Source of the DNA: Macrostomum hystrix
Lineage: Eukaryota; Animalia; Platyhelminthes
NCBI GenBank assembly: GCA_950097015.1
Contig: CATNEN010000039.1
Span: 15,066,001-15,130,000, forward strand
Direction: 5' to 3'
Length of the DNA: 64,000 nucleotides
The position numbers and the translations under genes are program-made. This document shows positions 1 to 12,971 of the stretch, in pieces. Position 1 is the first letter of the stretch; each line of letters begins with the position of its first letter. Under the pieces are notes generated by a model. That model ran no database searches, had not been told where the DNA came from, and saw nothing but the letters and a program-made list of their open reading frames with translations.

Positions 1-710
1 ATTCTCACCTGTTATCCTACAATTCTCACCTGTTCTACTATAATTCTTACCTGTTCTGCTATCATTCCCACCTGTTCTACTATCATTCTGACCTGTTCTA
101 CTACAATTCTCACCTGTTCTTCTATCATTCTTACCTGTTCTACTATCATTCTTACCTGTTCTGCTATCATTCCCTCCTGTTCTACTATCATTCTCACCTG
201 TTCTCCGACTATTCTCACCTGTTCTACTACCATTCTAACCTGTTCTACTATTATTCTTACCTTTTCTACTATCATTCCCACCTGTTCTACTACCATTCTC
301 ACCTGTTATCCTACAATTCTCACCTGTTCTACTATAATTCTTACCTGTTCTGCTATCATTCCCACCTGTTCTACTATCATTCTGACCTGTTCTCCTACAA
401 TTCTCACCTGTTCTTCTATCATTCTTACCTGTTCTACTATCATTCTTACCGGTTCTACTATCATTCCCACCTGTTCTACTATCATTCTCACCTGTTCTCC
501 GATTATTCTCACCTGTTCTACTATCATTCTTTCCTTCTACTATCATTCTTACCTTCTACTATCATTCCCACCTGTTCTACTATCATTCTCACCTGTTCTC
601 CTACAATTCTCACCTGTTCTACTAGCATTCTTACCTGTTCTACTATCATTCTCACCTGTTCTCCTACTATTCTCACCTGTTCTACTACCATTCTCACCTG
701 TTCTCCTACA
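1..710. repeat. 21-bp minisatellite (ATTCTCACCTGTTCTACTATC)
   Basis: Tandem periodicity read directly; the array runs off the window start. Confidence 0.95.
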
Positions 711-1359
711 TGTATCTCTGTTTCGCCATTGTTTCTTCTGCTTTCCTATTTTCTTTATTTGAAATTTGGGCCACATTTTTTTATAGTCATTGTTGAGAGA
801 GTCAGAAATGTTACCCGTCAGTCATTCCTCGCCTCACCTTATATACACTTCTGCCCTGTCGTGTCGCATTATTGTTTAAAATTAAACAACAGGAGAACTT
901 CAGTAACCAGCAAAGCCTATTGATAAAATCAGATTTCATGAAGCTTTCTAACTTTGGAAAGGTAATATGAATGTAATCGATTATGGACTCTACAATGTTG
1001 ACTTAATTTAAAATGCCTTTGATGTTGCTAAGGTTATAGGCAATGGGGAATGGGGAGCATTGCTTTTCAATGCTGAAGATCATCACAGATAGCTGAAAGT
1101 TCACTTAATCTAATTAATTAGCAATGATTTGTTTCGTTTAAACTATTTACAGAAAATAACAATTTTGTTGTTTTCAAAATACACTTAATTTAAAACTAAT
1201 GACTCTAGCAATTTGGCAAATTGAAATTGCTTTTTTAAAGCAATTGCTGGCACTTTCAAGTTGAGAAGGCAGTACGATTGGAAGGAATTTTCAACGAACG
1301 CCTATTATGTATATCGACAGCCTTTTTTAATTCTCGGAAAGCAGAGAGGGAGTGAATCA

Positions 1360-1518
1360 TCACAGATCCTCACAGAGCCTCACAGAGCCTCACAGATCCT
1401 CACAGATCCTCACAGATACTCACAGATCCTCACAGATCCTCACAGATCCTCACAGATCCTCACAGATCCTAACCGATACTCACAGATCCTCACAGATCCT
1501 CACAGATCCTCACAGATC
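1360..1518. repeat. 10-bp minisatellite (CACAGATCCT)
   Basis: Tandem periodicity read directly. Confidence 0.95.
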
Positions 1519-2163
1519 ATAAAAATCCCTAAAGTTACTTATCAGAGAACAATTTTTCAAGTCTTATCATCCCTGCACATTTTATTAAGTTCACTAAAAG
1601 TGCTTAATACAAATATAAATAATTATATTTAATGATAACTTAAAAAAAATAATCTTTCTATTTGTCAGCAGTTTTTCTCACTTGTCCATTTTCTCCCAGT
1701 CGTGCGTGGATGCAAGAAGTGCAAATATTTTAGACTGTGTGAACAGACTGCTAAGGACAAAGGCCATTAAAAATTCTGTAGATTTTATTCCTATACAAAA
1801 GGCCTAGCGCCTACATCTCAGTAGAGGCATTGATCCTGGCTTGTTAGTGCCGTTAACACTGTGCATTTTTTTAATCATAGTCAATGTGGCACTAACTTCT
1901 GTATCAGCATCCTATCTAACCCTGAATCCGTCCTGTCTCCTCAGTCAATGAGATACTCTCTATACGCGTATGCGGATTAGGGGGGTGAGGTTGGTTGGTT
2001 GCGATGTGCAGGTACAGTTAGTTGGGACAAGAACTATTGATGTGAACTATTGATATGAAAGCTATTGATTGAAGCCTGGCATACAGCACTTGATAAAGGT
2101 ACAACGCCCTCATATTCTTCAGATAATCACTAATTTTATGTATACTCAGCTACTTGTTTTTTA

Positions 2164-3100
2164 ATCCTCACAGATACTCAATAATCCTCACAGATACTCA
2201 ATAATGCTCACAGATACTCAATAATGCTCACAGATACTCAATAATGCTCACAGATACTCAATAATGCTCACAGATACTCAATAATGCTCACAGATACTCA
2301 AGAATGCTCACAGATACTCAATAATGCTCACAGATACTCAATAATGCTCACAGATACTCAATAATGCTCACAGATACTCAATAATGCTCACAGATACTCA
2401 ATAATGCTCACAGATACTCAATAATGCTCACAGATACTCAATAATGCTCACAGATACTCAAGAATGCTCACAGATACTCAATAATGCTCACAGATACTCA
2501 AGAATGCTCACAGATACTCACAGATCCTCAAGAATCCTCACAGATCCTCAAGAATGCTCGCAGATACTCACAAATCCTCGAGAATGCTCACAGATCCTCA
2601 AGAGTACTTAAAGATACTCACAGATGCTTAAAAGTGCTCACAGATCCTCACAGATCCTCAAGAATGCTCGCAGATCCTCAAGAATGCTCACAGATCCTCA
2701 AGAATGCTCGCAGATACTCAAGAATGCTCACAGATCCTCAAGAATGCTCACAGATACTCAAGAATGCTCACAGATACTCAAGAATGCTCACAGATACTCA
2801 AGAATGCTCGCAGATACTCAAGAATGCTCACAGATCCTCAAGAATGCTCGCAGATCCTCACAGATCTTCAAGAATGCTCACAGATACTCACAGATCTTCA
2901 AGAATGCTCACAGATTCTCACAGATCCTCAAGAATGCTCGCAGATACTCACAGATCCTCAAGAATGCTCACAGATCCTCAAGAATGCTCGCAGATCCTCA
3001 CAGATCCTCAAGAATGCTCACAGATACTCACAGATCCTCAAGAATGCTCACAGATACTCACAGATCCTCAAGAATGCTCGCAGATCCTCACAGATCCTCA
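2164..3100. repeat. 10/20-bp minisatellite (CACAGATACT-CAAGAATGCT)
   Basis: Tandem periodicity; related to the array at 1360-1518. Confidence 0.95.
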
Positions 3101-3530
3101 TTTATTATTAGGAAGTTCTTTGATTAATCAAGAATCACCAATAAATTCACGATGTCACAGACATTGAGTTGCCTTCTCAATGATTCTTAAAACTCTTAGT
3201 TAGATTCATCAGACAGGCAACATCTAAGGCTCGCAATATATTTGTCGGTCTTCAAACTCTTTAATTCAATTGCTGTCTGCACTTTATTGTAAACGTGGCC
3301 AAAAGAGGATAACGAGGATAACGCCATTTACCAAAATACGAGTAGATTTGACTCAACTCAGTAAGCATTCTTCAGTGCTTCAAGCTAAAATTAGATTTCT
3401 GTTCCAGGACTCTCTTTGATCTGGCTGGCAGCGTTTCAACAGGCAAAACGCAAAGATTAATCTAATAATTGGCCACACTAAATGACTGACGAGCTTGGTA
3501 ATTTCCTTATCACATCGTATTATCCCTGGA

Positions 3531-4972
3531 CTACTACCATTCTCACCTGTTCTCCTACCATTCTCACCTGTTCTCCTACCATTCTCACCTGTTCTCTTAC
3601 CATTCTCACCTGTTCTCCTACCATTCTCACCTGTTCTCCTATCATTCTCACCTGTTCTCCTATCATTCTCACCTGTTCTCCTGCCATTCTCACCTGTTCT
3701 CCTGCCATTCTCACCTGTTCTCCTGCCATTCTCACCTGTTCTACTACCATTCTCACCTGTTCTCCTACAATTCTCACCTGTTCTACTATCATTCTTACCT
3801 GTTCTACTATCATTCTTACCTGTTCTACTATCATTCCCACCTGTTCTACTATCATTCTCACCTGTTCTACTATCATTCTCACCTGTTCTCCTGCCATTCT
3901 CACCTGTTCTCCTGCCATTCTCACCTGTTCTCCTGCCATTCTCACCTGTTCTCCTATCACTCTCACCTGTTCTCCTGCCAATCTCACCTGTTCTCCTGCC
4001 AATCTCACCTTTTCTTCTGCCATTCTCACCTGTTCTCCTATCATCCCCACTTATTATTTTACTATTCTCACCTGTTCTACTTTTATTCTCACCTGTTCTC
4101 CTACTATTCTCACCTGTTCTACTATTATTCTTACCTGTTCTACTATCATTATTACCTGTTCTACTATCATTCTTACCTGTTCTACTATCATTCTCACCTG
4201 TTCTCCTACCATTCTCACCTGTTCTCCTATCATTCTCACCTGTTCTCCTATCATTCTCACCTGTTCTCCTATCATTCTCACCTGTTCTCCTATCATTCTC
4301 ACCTGTTCTCTTATCATTCTCACCTGTTCTCCTACCATTCTCACCTGTTCTCCTATCATTCTCACCTGTTCTCCTATCATTCTCACCTGTTCTCCTATCA
4401 TTCTCACCTGTTCTCCTATCATTCTCACCTGTTCTCCTACCATTCTCACCTGTTCTCCTACCATTCTCATCTATTCTCCTACCATTCTCACCTGTTCTCC
4501 TATCGTTCTCACCTGTTCTCCTACCATTCTCACCTGTTCTACTACCATTCTCACCTGTTCTCCTACCATTCTCACCTGTTCTACTACCATTCTCACCTGT
4601 TCTCCTACCATTCTCACCTGTTCTCTTACCATTCTCACCTGTTCTCCTACCATTCTCACCTGTTCTCCTATCATTCTCACCTGTTCTCCTATCATTCTCA
4701 CCTGTTCTCCTGCCATTCTCACCTGTTCTCCTGCCATTCTCACCTGTTCTCCTGCCATTCTCACCTGTTCTACTACCATTCTCACCTGTTCTCCTACAAT
4801 TCTCACCTGTTCTACTATCATTCTTACCTGTTCTACTATCATTCTTACCTGTTCTACTATCATTCCCACCTGTTCTACTATCATTCTCACCTGTTCTACT
4901 ATCATTCTCACCTGTTCTCCTGCCATTCTCACCTGTTCTCCTGCCATTCTCACCTGTTCTCCTGCCATTCTT
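3531..4972. repeat. 21-bp minisatellite, same family as 1-710
   Basis: Tandem periodicity; an internal ~0.36-kb block is duplicated at both ends of the array. Confidence 0.95.
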
Positions 4973-5481
4973 AATACTTTGACTCTCCTGAAGATTTTTT
5001 CCAGGAAAAATGTTGAAGAGTAAGAGCAAATTGACTGTGTGTATCGAAACGTCATTATAATGAAGTTTCACAATTATATGATAGTCTATTGTATCTTTTG
5101 TTTCCATGCATTTTAAAATTGTATTTTTCACAGCTTTTACAGAATACAAACAATAGGACATGACAGTATTTACGAAATATATTAAATATTATCTAAGCTT
5201 GGTAAACAGTTCTTTTTTTCTGAATTCGCTGTCTTGACTTCTGAAATTAGTTGAATTTTTAATAAGTTCCATTTCCAAGAAACATGACACGTTTAATATG
5301 CATTAAATCATAAAAATTTGCATCATTTCAGAATACTTTCTTTAGCCAATAATGAAGGCTATGACAGTGACACAAAACTACAACAACAAACAGCAGTTCT
5401 GCGCAGAGAAAAAATATCTACAAAATTCAGTAAAAATGTGCAAATCTGGTCACCTGGGGTGTTGTGCTAGATTGTGCCGTT

Positions 5482-5814
5482 TCAACCACCTTCGGGTGCA
5501 TCTCGCAACCTGGCCAGACTCTGCAGGTAGGTTCTTAACTGACTTCGCTTCATCAATCGTCGGAGACTCTCGAAGGATCGTCGGTTTCTGAGTAGAACTC
5601 TCTGACTCACCGTCACCGAATGCTCAGCCTCAGATGCGGTCAAGTTCAACTGACGAACGTGGATGCCGTGCGCCAGGAAGCTTTGCTCTGCCGCCGTCAG
5701 GTGAGGCAACGCTTTCACCGCCGCCGTATCATTCTGAGTTTGCGAACCAGCTGCTAGTACTGCGTAAAGCAGCAGCAGCACCGGCTGTAGGGACGGATTT
5801 GACGCGAAAATCAT
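5482..5814 (-). CDS. Candidate small secreted protein or prepropeptide (110 aa as unspliced ORF)
   Basis: It has a hydrophobic N-terminus (PVLLLLYAVLAAGS), the basic sites RNRR, RR and KR, and sits in a GC-rich island. There is a plausible 5'UTR intron at 5930-5832 (GTAAGC..CTAG) and CCAAT/TATA-like motifs at 6171-6242. I recognised no family. Confidence 0.4.
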   Translation of the reverse strand: MIFASNPSLQPVLLLLYAVLAAGSQTQNDTAAVKALPHLTAAEQSFLAHGIHVRQLNLTASEAEHSVTVSQRVLLRNRRSFESLRRLMKRSQLRTYLQSLARLRDAPEGG

Positions 5815-6302
5815 TGCTCAAATCTTCTTATCTAGTAGTTGAGCGCATCGGTCATGATCCGGATGGATTCGGGTCGGGGATTTGAGCAGCTGTCGGGTCT
5901 GCCGCAATTTGAAGATTCTTGCAGGCTTACCTTAACGGGGCGGTGTCTATCCACGGCTGACTGTAGTGACTGAGCGCGCGCCTCACTTCTACAGCCTCCT
6001 ACAGCCTTGCTAAATTATTCAGCTAAGTAAGAATTTGAGAGCGGCTAGTGCTGCTGATGCACAGGGGAATGCATAAATAAAAAAACTGGTGGACAGGCAG
6101 ACAGATAGACTGGCTGGCTGGCTGGCAGGTGATTCGTGCCTATTAGCTAGATGTTCCCGGTTCCGGAGTATTATAAGCCTACAAGGCCTCCCCCGCAGTG
6201 TGGCCAAGACTGCGTTCCTATTGGCTGGCACTGTTAGCCAATCAAATGCGACTAAGCGATTTCATTCTCTAGAAATCAGAACTATTATGTGCGTCTGAGA
6301 CA

Positions 6303-6540
6303 CGGGGAGAGATTAGACAGGGGAGAGATTAGACAGGGGAGGGATTCGACAGGGGAGGGATTAGACAGGGGAGGGATTAGACAGGGGAGAGATTAGACAG
6401 GGGAGAGATTAGACAGGGGAGAGATTAGACAGGGGAGAGATTAGACAGGGGAGAGATTAGACAGGGGAGAGATTAGACAGGGGAGAGATTAGACAGGGGA
6501 GGGATTAGACAGGGAAGGGATTAGACAGGGGAGGGATGAG
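6303..6540. repeat. 16-bp G-rich minisatellite (GGGGAGAGATTAGACA)
   Basis: Tandem periodicity read directly. Confidence 0.95.
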
Positions 6541-7076
6541 ACGCACTGGGTATAGAAACAATGGAAATTGAATTAAAGAAACGAGTACACGAAATAATTC
6601 AAACATTAAAGCATGATGCACGTTTAATTAACGTGTTTATTAAACGCAAAAAATAATCATTCATTCAGAGAAGTGCCAATTAAGCTTGAATTCCCAACAA
6701 TCCCTTCTCCGTCAGTTTGATTGGGTGAACGCAAAGGACGCATTAGACAGTTGTATATTTCCCAGAACAATCCCTAGCCTAACCTGGCGGTCCCTGGACA
6801 GGAGGAGCGGTACGTCCAAGTTGATGTGGCGGTTGGGTGGCTGCGAAACTGACTGCATGCGATCTGTCATGTCATTAAAAATGAAAAAAAACTACATTAA
6901 TTGAGCAGGGCTAGGCTAAATAGTTGGGGCCTGGGTGCCCAGTGAACAATATGAGCCAATGTAGCTGTTAGCGCTATTGTAAAACTTTTTAATGAAATAA
7001 CAAATAGAACATTTATTTCAGGTTAGATATTATTGGAGTCTACTAATCTAGGTCCGGGATGTTCTGAGTAGAGATG

Positions 7077-9140
7077 TTCTACTCAGTTGATAGCAGGTTC
7101 TACTCAGATGATAGCAGGTTCTTCTCAGTTGATAGCAGGTTCTACTCAGTTGATAGCAGATTCTACTCAGTTGATAGCAGGTTCTACTCAGATGATAGCA
7201 GGTTCTACTCAGTTGATAGCAGGTTCTACTCAGTTGATAGCAGATTCTACTCAGTTGATAGCAGGTTCTACTCAGATGATAGCAGGTTCTACTCAGTTGA
7301 TAGCAGATTCTACTCAGTTGATAGCAGGTTCTACTCAGATGATAGCAGGTTCTACTCAGTTGATAGCAGATTCTACTCAGTTGATAGCAGATTCTACTCA
7401 GTTGATAGCAGGTTCTACTCAGATGATAGCAGGTTCTACTCAGTTGATAGCAGATTCTACTCAGATGATAGCAGGTTCTTATCAGATGATAGCAGGTTCT
7501 TATCAGATGATAGCAGGTTCTTATCAGATGATAGCAGGTTCTACTCAGATGATAGCAGGTTCTTCTCAGATGATAGCAGGTTCTTATCAGATGATAGCAG
7601 GTTCTACTCAGATGATAGCAGATTCTACTCAGATGATAGCAGGTTCTACTCAGATGATAGCAGGTTCTTCTCAGATGATAGCAGGTTCTTATCAGATGAT
7701 AGCAGGTTCTTATCAGATGATGGCAGGTTCTTATCAGATGATAGCAGATTCTACTCAGATGATAGCAGATTCTACTCAGATGATAGCAGGTTCTACTCAG
7801 ATGATAGCAGGTTCTACTCAGATGATAGCAGGTTCTACTCAGATGATAGCAGATTCTACTCAGATGATAGCAGGTTCTACTCAGATGATAGCAGGTTCTA
7901 CTCAGATGATAGCAGGTTCTACTCAGTTGAGAGTAGGTTCTACTCAGTTGAGAGCAGGTTCTACTCAGATGATAGCAGGTTCTACTCAGATGATAGCAGA
8001 TTCTACTCAGATGATAGCAGGTTCTACTCAGATGATAGCAGGTTCTACTCAGATGATAGCAGGTTCTACTCAGTTGAGAGTAGGTTCTACTCAGATGATA
8101 GCAGATTCTACTCAGATGATAGCAGGTTCTACTCAGATGATAGCAGGTTCTACTCAGATGATAGTAGGTTCTACTCAAATGATAGCAGATTCTACTCAGA
8201 TGATAGCAGGTTCTACTCAGATGATAGCAGGTTCTACTCAGATGATAGCAGGTTCTGCTCAGATGATAGCAGATTCTACTCAGTTGAGAGTAGGTTCTAC
8301 TCAGTTGAGAGCAGGTTCTACTCAGATGATAGCAGGTTCTACTCAGATGATAGCAGATTCTACTCAGATGATAGCAGGTTCTACTCAGATGATAGCAGGT
8401 TCTACTCAGATGATAGCAGGTTCTACTCAGATGATAGCAGGTTCTACTCAGATGATAGCAGGTTCTACTCAGATGATAGCAGGTTCTACTCAGATGATAG
8501 CAGGTTCTACTCAGATGATAGCAGGTTCTACTCAGATGATAGCAGGTTCTGCTCAGATGATAGCAGGTTCTGCTCAGATGATAGCAGGTTCTGCTCAGAT
8601 GATAGCAGGTTCTGCTCAGATGATAGCAGGTTCTACTCAGATGATAGCAGGTTCTGCTCAGATGATAGCAGGTTCTGCTCAGATGATAGCAGGTTCTACT
8701 CAGATGATAGCAGATTCTACTCAGATGATAGCAGGTTCTACTCAGATGATAGCAGGTTCTACTCAGATGATAGCAGATTCTACTCAGATGATAGCAGGTT
8801 CTGCTCAGATGATAGCAGGTTCTGCTCAGATGATAGCAGGTTCTGCTCAGATGATAGCAGGTTCTGCTCAGATGATAGCAGGTTCTACTCAGATGATAGC
8901 AGATTCTACTCAGATGATAGCAGGTTCTGCTCAGATGATAGCAGGTTCTACTCAGATGATAGCAGATTCTACTCAGATGATAGCAGATTCTACTCAGATG
9001 ATAGCAGGTTCTACTCAGATGATAGCAGATTCTACTCAGATGATAGCAGGTTCTGCTCAGATGATAGCAGGTTCTGCTCAGATGATAGCAGGTTCTACTC
9101 AGATGATAGCAGATTCTACTCAGTTGAGAGTAGGTTTTAC
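7077..9140. repeat. 21-bp minisatellite (TTCTACTCAGATGATAGCAGG), ~98 units
   Basis: Tandem periodicity read directly. Confidence 0.97.
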
Positions 9141-9559
9141 TCAAGCGACAGTTTAAGGCTATAGCTTAGGACTGGAAGCTTTGTCTACGAATTGTATAAA
9201 AAAATTTTCAGACAAAGACATATAAAGATGTCATTCACAATCTACATTTTTTCCTTAGCTTTTTGCTTTTAGTCTGAAAACTGTATAAGAGTATAATATT
9301 ATCTGGGAAAAGCCAGTATTAAATTAAGTATGAGAATACGAACAAATAATTGACATTTGCCCATAAGTAGGCCCTGAGAATGGCCTGATCAGGGCGTTTG
9401 CAGTCTATTATTATGCCCAACTGAAGTCACCCTTTATTAATGCTTGATTTTGACTCGGCATGACATTCTCACATTTCTTTCTCGTCATTCATTATATATT
9501 TATATCCCTCGTCTCATCTCCATTTTAGATTCCATCTGCGTTTCTCTTATCTCCCATTT

Positions 9560-9820
9560 TCCCCTCACTCCCTTCTCGCCTCACTCCCTTCTCGCCTCAC
9601 TCCCTTCTCCCCTCACTCCCTTGTCCCCTCACTCCCTTCTCCCCTCACTCCCTTCTCCCCTCACTCCCTTCTCCCCTCACTCCCGTCTCCCCTCACTCCC
9701 TTCTCCCCTCACTCCCTTTTCCCCTCACTTCCTTCTCCCCTCACTCCCTTCTCGCCTCACTCCCTTCTCCCCTCACTCCCTTCTCCCCTCCCTCCCTTCT
9801 CCCCTTACTCCCTTCTCCCA
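9560..9820. repeat. ~17-bp polypyrimidine minisatellite (CCCCTCACTCCCTTCT)
   Basis: Tandem periodicity read directly. Confidence 0.9.
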
Positions 9821-10530
9821 TTACTCTTTTTTTCCTCTCCCATCTCTCTGCTCTCGTCTCTCGTCTCTCCGATTTTAATTCTCCCTCTGTTCTTCATTCT
9901 TCCCCATCATTTTCCTTCTCCGAAAAGGGTGATTTTACATCACCAGATTCACCTTAAAAATCACAAAAAACACCGCGTCTCAATGCGTAATTCACACGTA
10001 TTCTACATTTACACATTAAACTGAATTAGCACCTGTTTCCTACTGAGTCTACTGTGATGACACACACACACACACTCTCTCTCTCAGTCTGTTCTGGAAG
10101 CTCTGACGTAGGTCACGCAATTTTTTCTGACGGCCTCCATTACGTCATCGCGCATTGATCCGTGTAAGAAATGTGAAATCCAAGTATAGTTTAGAGAATT
10201 ATCAGGTACGCCAATTGCATTGATCTTTCGTATTATGGGAGGTGGAATAACAAAAAGACATTAGCCGAATCTGAGCATGAGCTGATTGCGTCATATCGCT
10301 TTCACTTCCAAACGATTTCGTAAAAAAATATAGCATTCTTCTATTTCTATTCTTTGGCGGATCTGTCATTGCAGAAACTTTCAGAGTCTCGTCCAAGCTG
10401 TTTCTCGGATTTGTTGAGCAAACAGTTTCTTGTGTGTCCTGTGCGACTAACAATGGCATATGAGGATAGTAGGATTAGTAGGATCATGTCTTCTCTGACG
10501 CAATCAGTCATGCCTGTAGTGAGCTAGTCT

Positions 10531-12266
10531 TGTCTGTATTGAACTAGTCATGTCTGTAATGAACTGTAATGAACTGGTCATGTCTGTAATGAACTGTAAT
10601 GAACTGGTCATGTCTGTAATGAACTGTATTGAACTGGTCATGTCTGTAATGAACTGTATTGAACTAGTCATGTCTGTAATGAACTGTAATGAACTGGTCA
10701 TGTCTGTAATCAACTGGTCATGTCTGTAATCAACTGGTCATGTCTGTAATGAACTGGTCATGTCTGTAATAAACTGGTCATGTCTGTAATGAACTGGTCA
10801 TGTCTGTAATGAACTGGTCATGTCTGTAATGAACTGGTCATGTCAGTATTTAACTGGTCATGTCTGTAATGAACTGGTCATGTCTGTAATGAACTGGTCA
10901 TGTCTGTAATGAACTGGTCATGTCTGTAATGAACTAGTCATGTCTGTAATGAACTGGTGATGTCTGTAATCAACTGTAATGAACTGGTCGTATCAGTATA
11001 GAACTGGTCATGTCTGTATTGAACTGGTCATGTCTGTAATGAACTGGTCATGTCTGTATTTAACTGGTCATGTCTGTAATGAACTAGTCATGTCTGTAAT
11101 GAACTGGTGATGTCTGTAATCAACTGTAATGAACTGGTCGTATCAGTATAGAACTGGTCATGTCTGTAATGATCTGTATTGAACTGGTCATGTCTGTATT
11201 GAACTAGTCATGTCTGTTATGAACTGTAATGAACTGGTCATATCTGTAATGAACTGGTCATGTCAGTATTGAACTGGTCATGTCAGTATTGAACTGGTCA
11301 TGTCTGTATTGAACTAGTCATGTCTGTTATGAACTGTAATGAACTGGTCATATCTGTAATGAACTGGTCATGTCAGTATTGAACTGGTCATGTCAGTATT
11401 GAACTGGTCATGTCTGTATTGAACTGGTCATGTCAGTATTGAACTGGTTATGTCAGTATTGAACTGGTCATGTCTGTAATGAACTGGTCATGTCAGTATT
11501 TTACTGGTCTTGTCTGTATTGAACTGGTCATGTCTGATTGAACTAGTCATGTCTGTTATGAACTGTAATGAACTGGACATATCTGTAATGAACTGGTCAT
11601 GTCAGTATTGAACTGGTCATGTCAGTATTGAACTGGTCATGTCTGATTGAACTAGTCATGTCTGTTATGAACTGTAATGAACTGGTCATATCTGTAATGA
11701 ACTGGTCATGTCAGTATTGAACTGGTCATGTCAGTATTGAACTGGTCATGTCTGTATTGAACTAGTCATGTCTGTTATGAACTGTAATGAACTGGTCATA
11801 TCTGTAATGAACTGGTCATGTCAATATTGAACTGGTCATGTCAGTATTGAACTGGTCATGTCTGTATTGAACTAGTCATGTCTGTTATGAACTGTAATGA
11901 ACTGGTCATATCTGTAATGAACTGGTCATGTCAGTATTGAACTGGTCATGTCAGTATTGAACTGGTCATGTCTGTATTGAACTAGTCATGTCTGTTATGA
12001 ACTGTAATGAACTGGTCATATCTGTAATAAACTGGTCATGTCAGTATTGAACTGGTCATGTCAGTATTGAACTGGTCATGTCTGTATTGAACTGGTCATG
12101 TCAGTATTGAACTGGTTATGTCAGTATTGAACTGGTCATGTCTGTAATGAACTGATCATGTCAGTATTTTACTGGTCTTGTCTGTATTGAACTGGTCATG
12201 TCAGTATTGAACTGGTCATGTCTGTAATGAACTGGTCATGTCTGTAATGAACTGTTTATATCTGTA
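10531..12266. repeat. 20-bp minisatellite (GAACTGGTCATGTCTGTAAT) with 10-bp subunits and ~110-bp higher-order units
   Basis: Tandem periodicity read directly. Confidence 0.95.
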
Positions 12267-12971
12267 CGTTTTAAATGATGGATGATCCCACATATATCGC
12301 AGTTAAATTAATTGATGAAATTTACAAACCAAGAATTTTCAAAAAACGGACAAATTATCTAAGTTCAAATTGGATAAGAAAAAACACAGGAAAACCAGCA
12401 GATCTGAGTCTAAATTACTAACTAATAAAATATTAATATATTCCATTAGTTAATCTTTCTTAATGGACAGGGCATTGTGCTCGAAAAAATGCTTTTAACG
12501 ATTGCACTCTTGTAAAAAATAAATTTGTTTCATTTCTATCGGAATCCAATAGAAGCAATGCGGGTTGGTTTGCACTTTAATAAAAAGAAGAAAAAGAGGC
12601 GCGGTAAAAGAAGCTGTTTGTCTCTCTCTGCTGAGTCCATTACGTAATGAAGGCATAAGCGCGACAGAAGGTTTTAACGGTAGGAAAGCAAGTTGAAATT
12701 ATTTTCTAGTTGAAGAGAATATTTAGCCTCTTGTGGCGAAGTTTAAACCCTGTTCAAAGTAGGGAAACAAATTTTCTGGCTGACTACTATGAAATAGTGA
12801 TTAGCAATGAATAATTAAGCAGCATGTGTAAGTATTAGTGACGAAAAATGATTAATTCGCTTCACAGCATTCTGAGTAGCTGAGTAGGGGAGCAAAGTCA
12901 GGCCTGGAGACAAGATTGTTGGCACACAGCTCTTGTGGGGTGTATAATTCACCCCACAGGGTGTAAGTCAG

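Noticed and set aside
1960-2047. Minus-strand FTSIVLVPTNCTC segment as last exon of a cystine-knot protein
   Set aside because: I could not find a connecting middle exon in phase, and the motif is too short to support alone.
3380-5161. Long ORFs of 495-593 aa on both strands
   Set aside because: They are translations of a stop-free 21-bp minisatellite, open in several frames at once, with no splice or domain support.
6783-6862. Possible minus-strand exon (AG...CAG|GTTAGG)
   Set aside because: No recognisable product and no partner exons; it may be non-coding or chance.
7048-9164. Three ~690-aa ORFs (YHLSRTC, FYSDDSR, IAGSTQM repeats)
   Set aside because: These are artefacts of a 21-bp tandem array.
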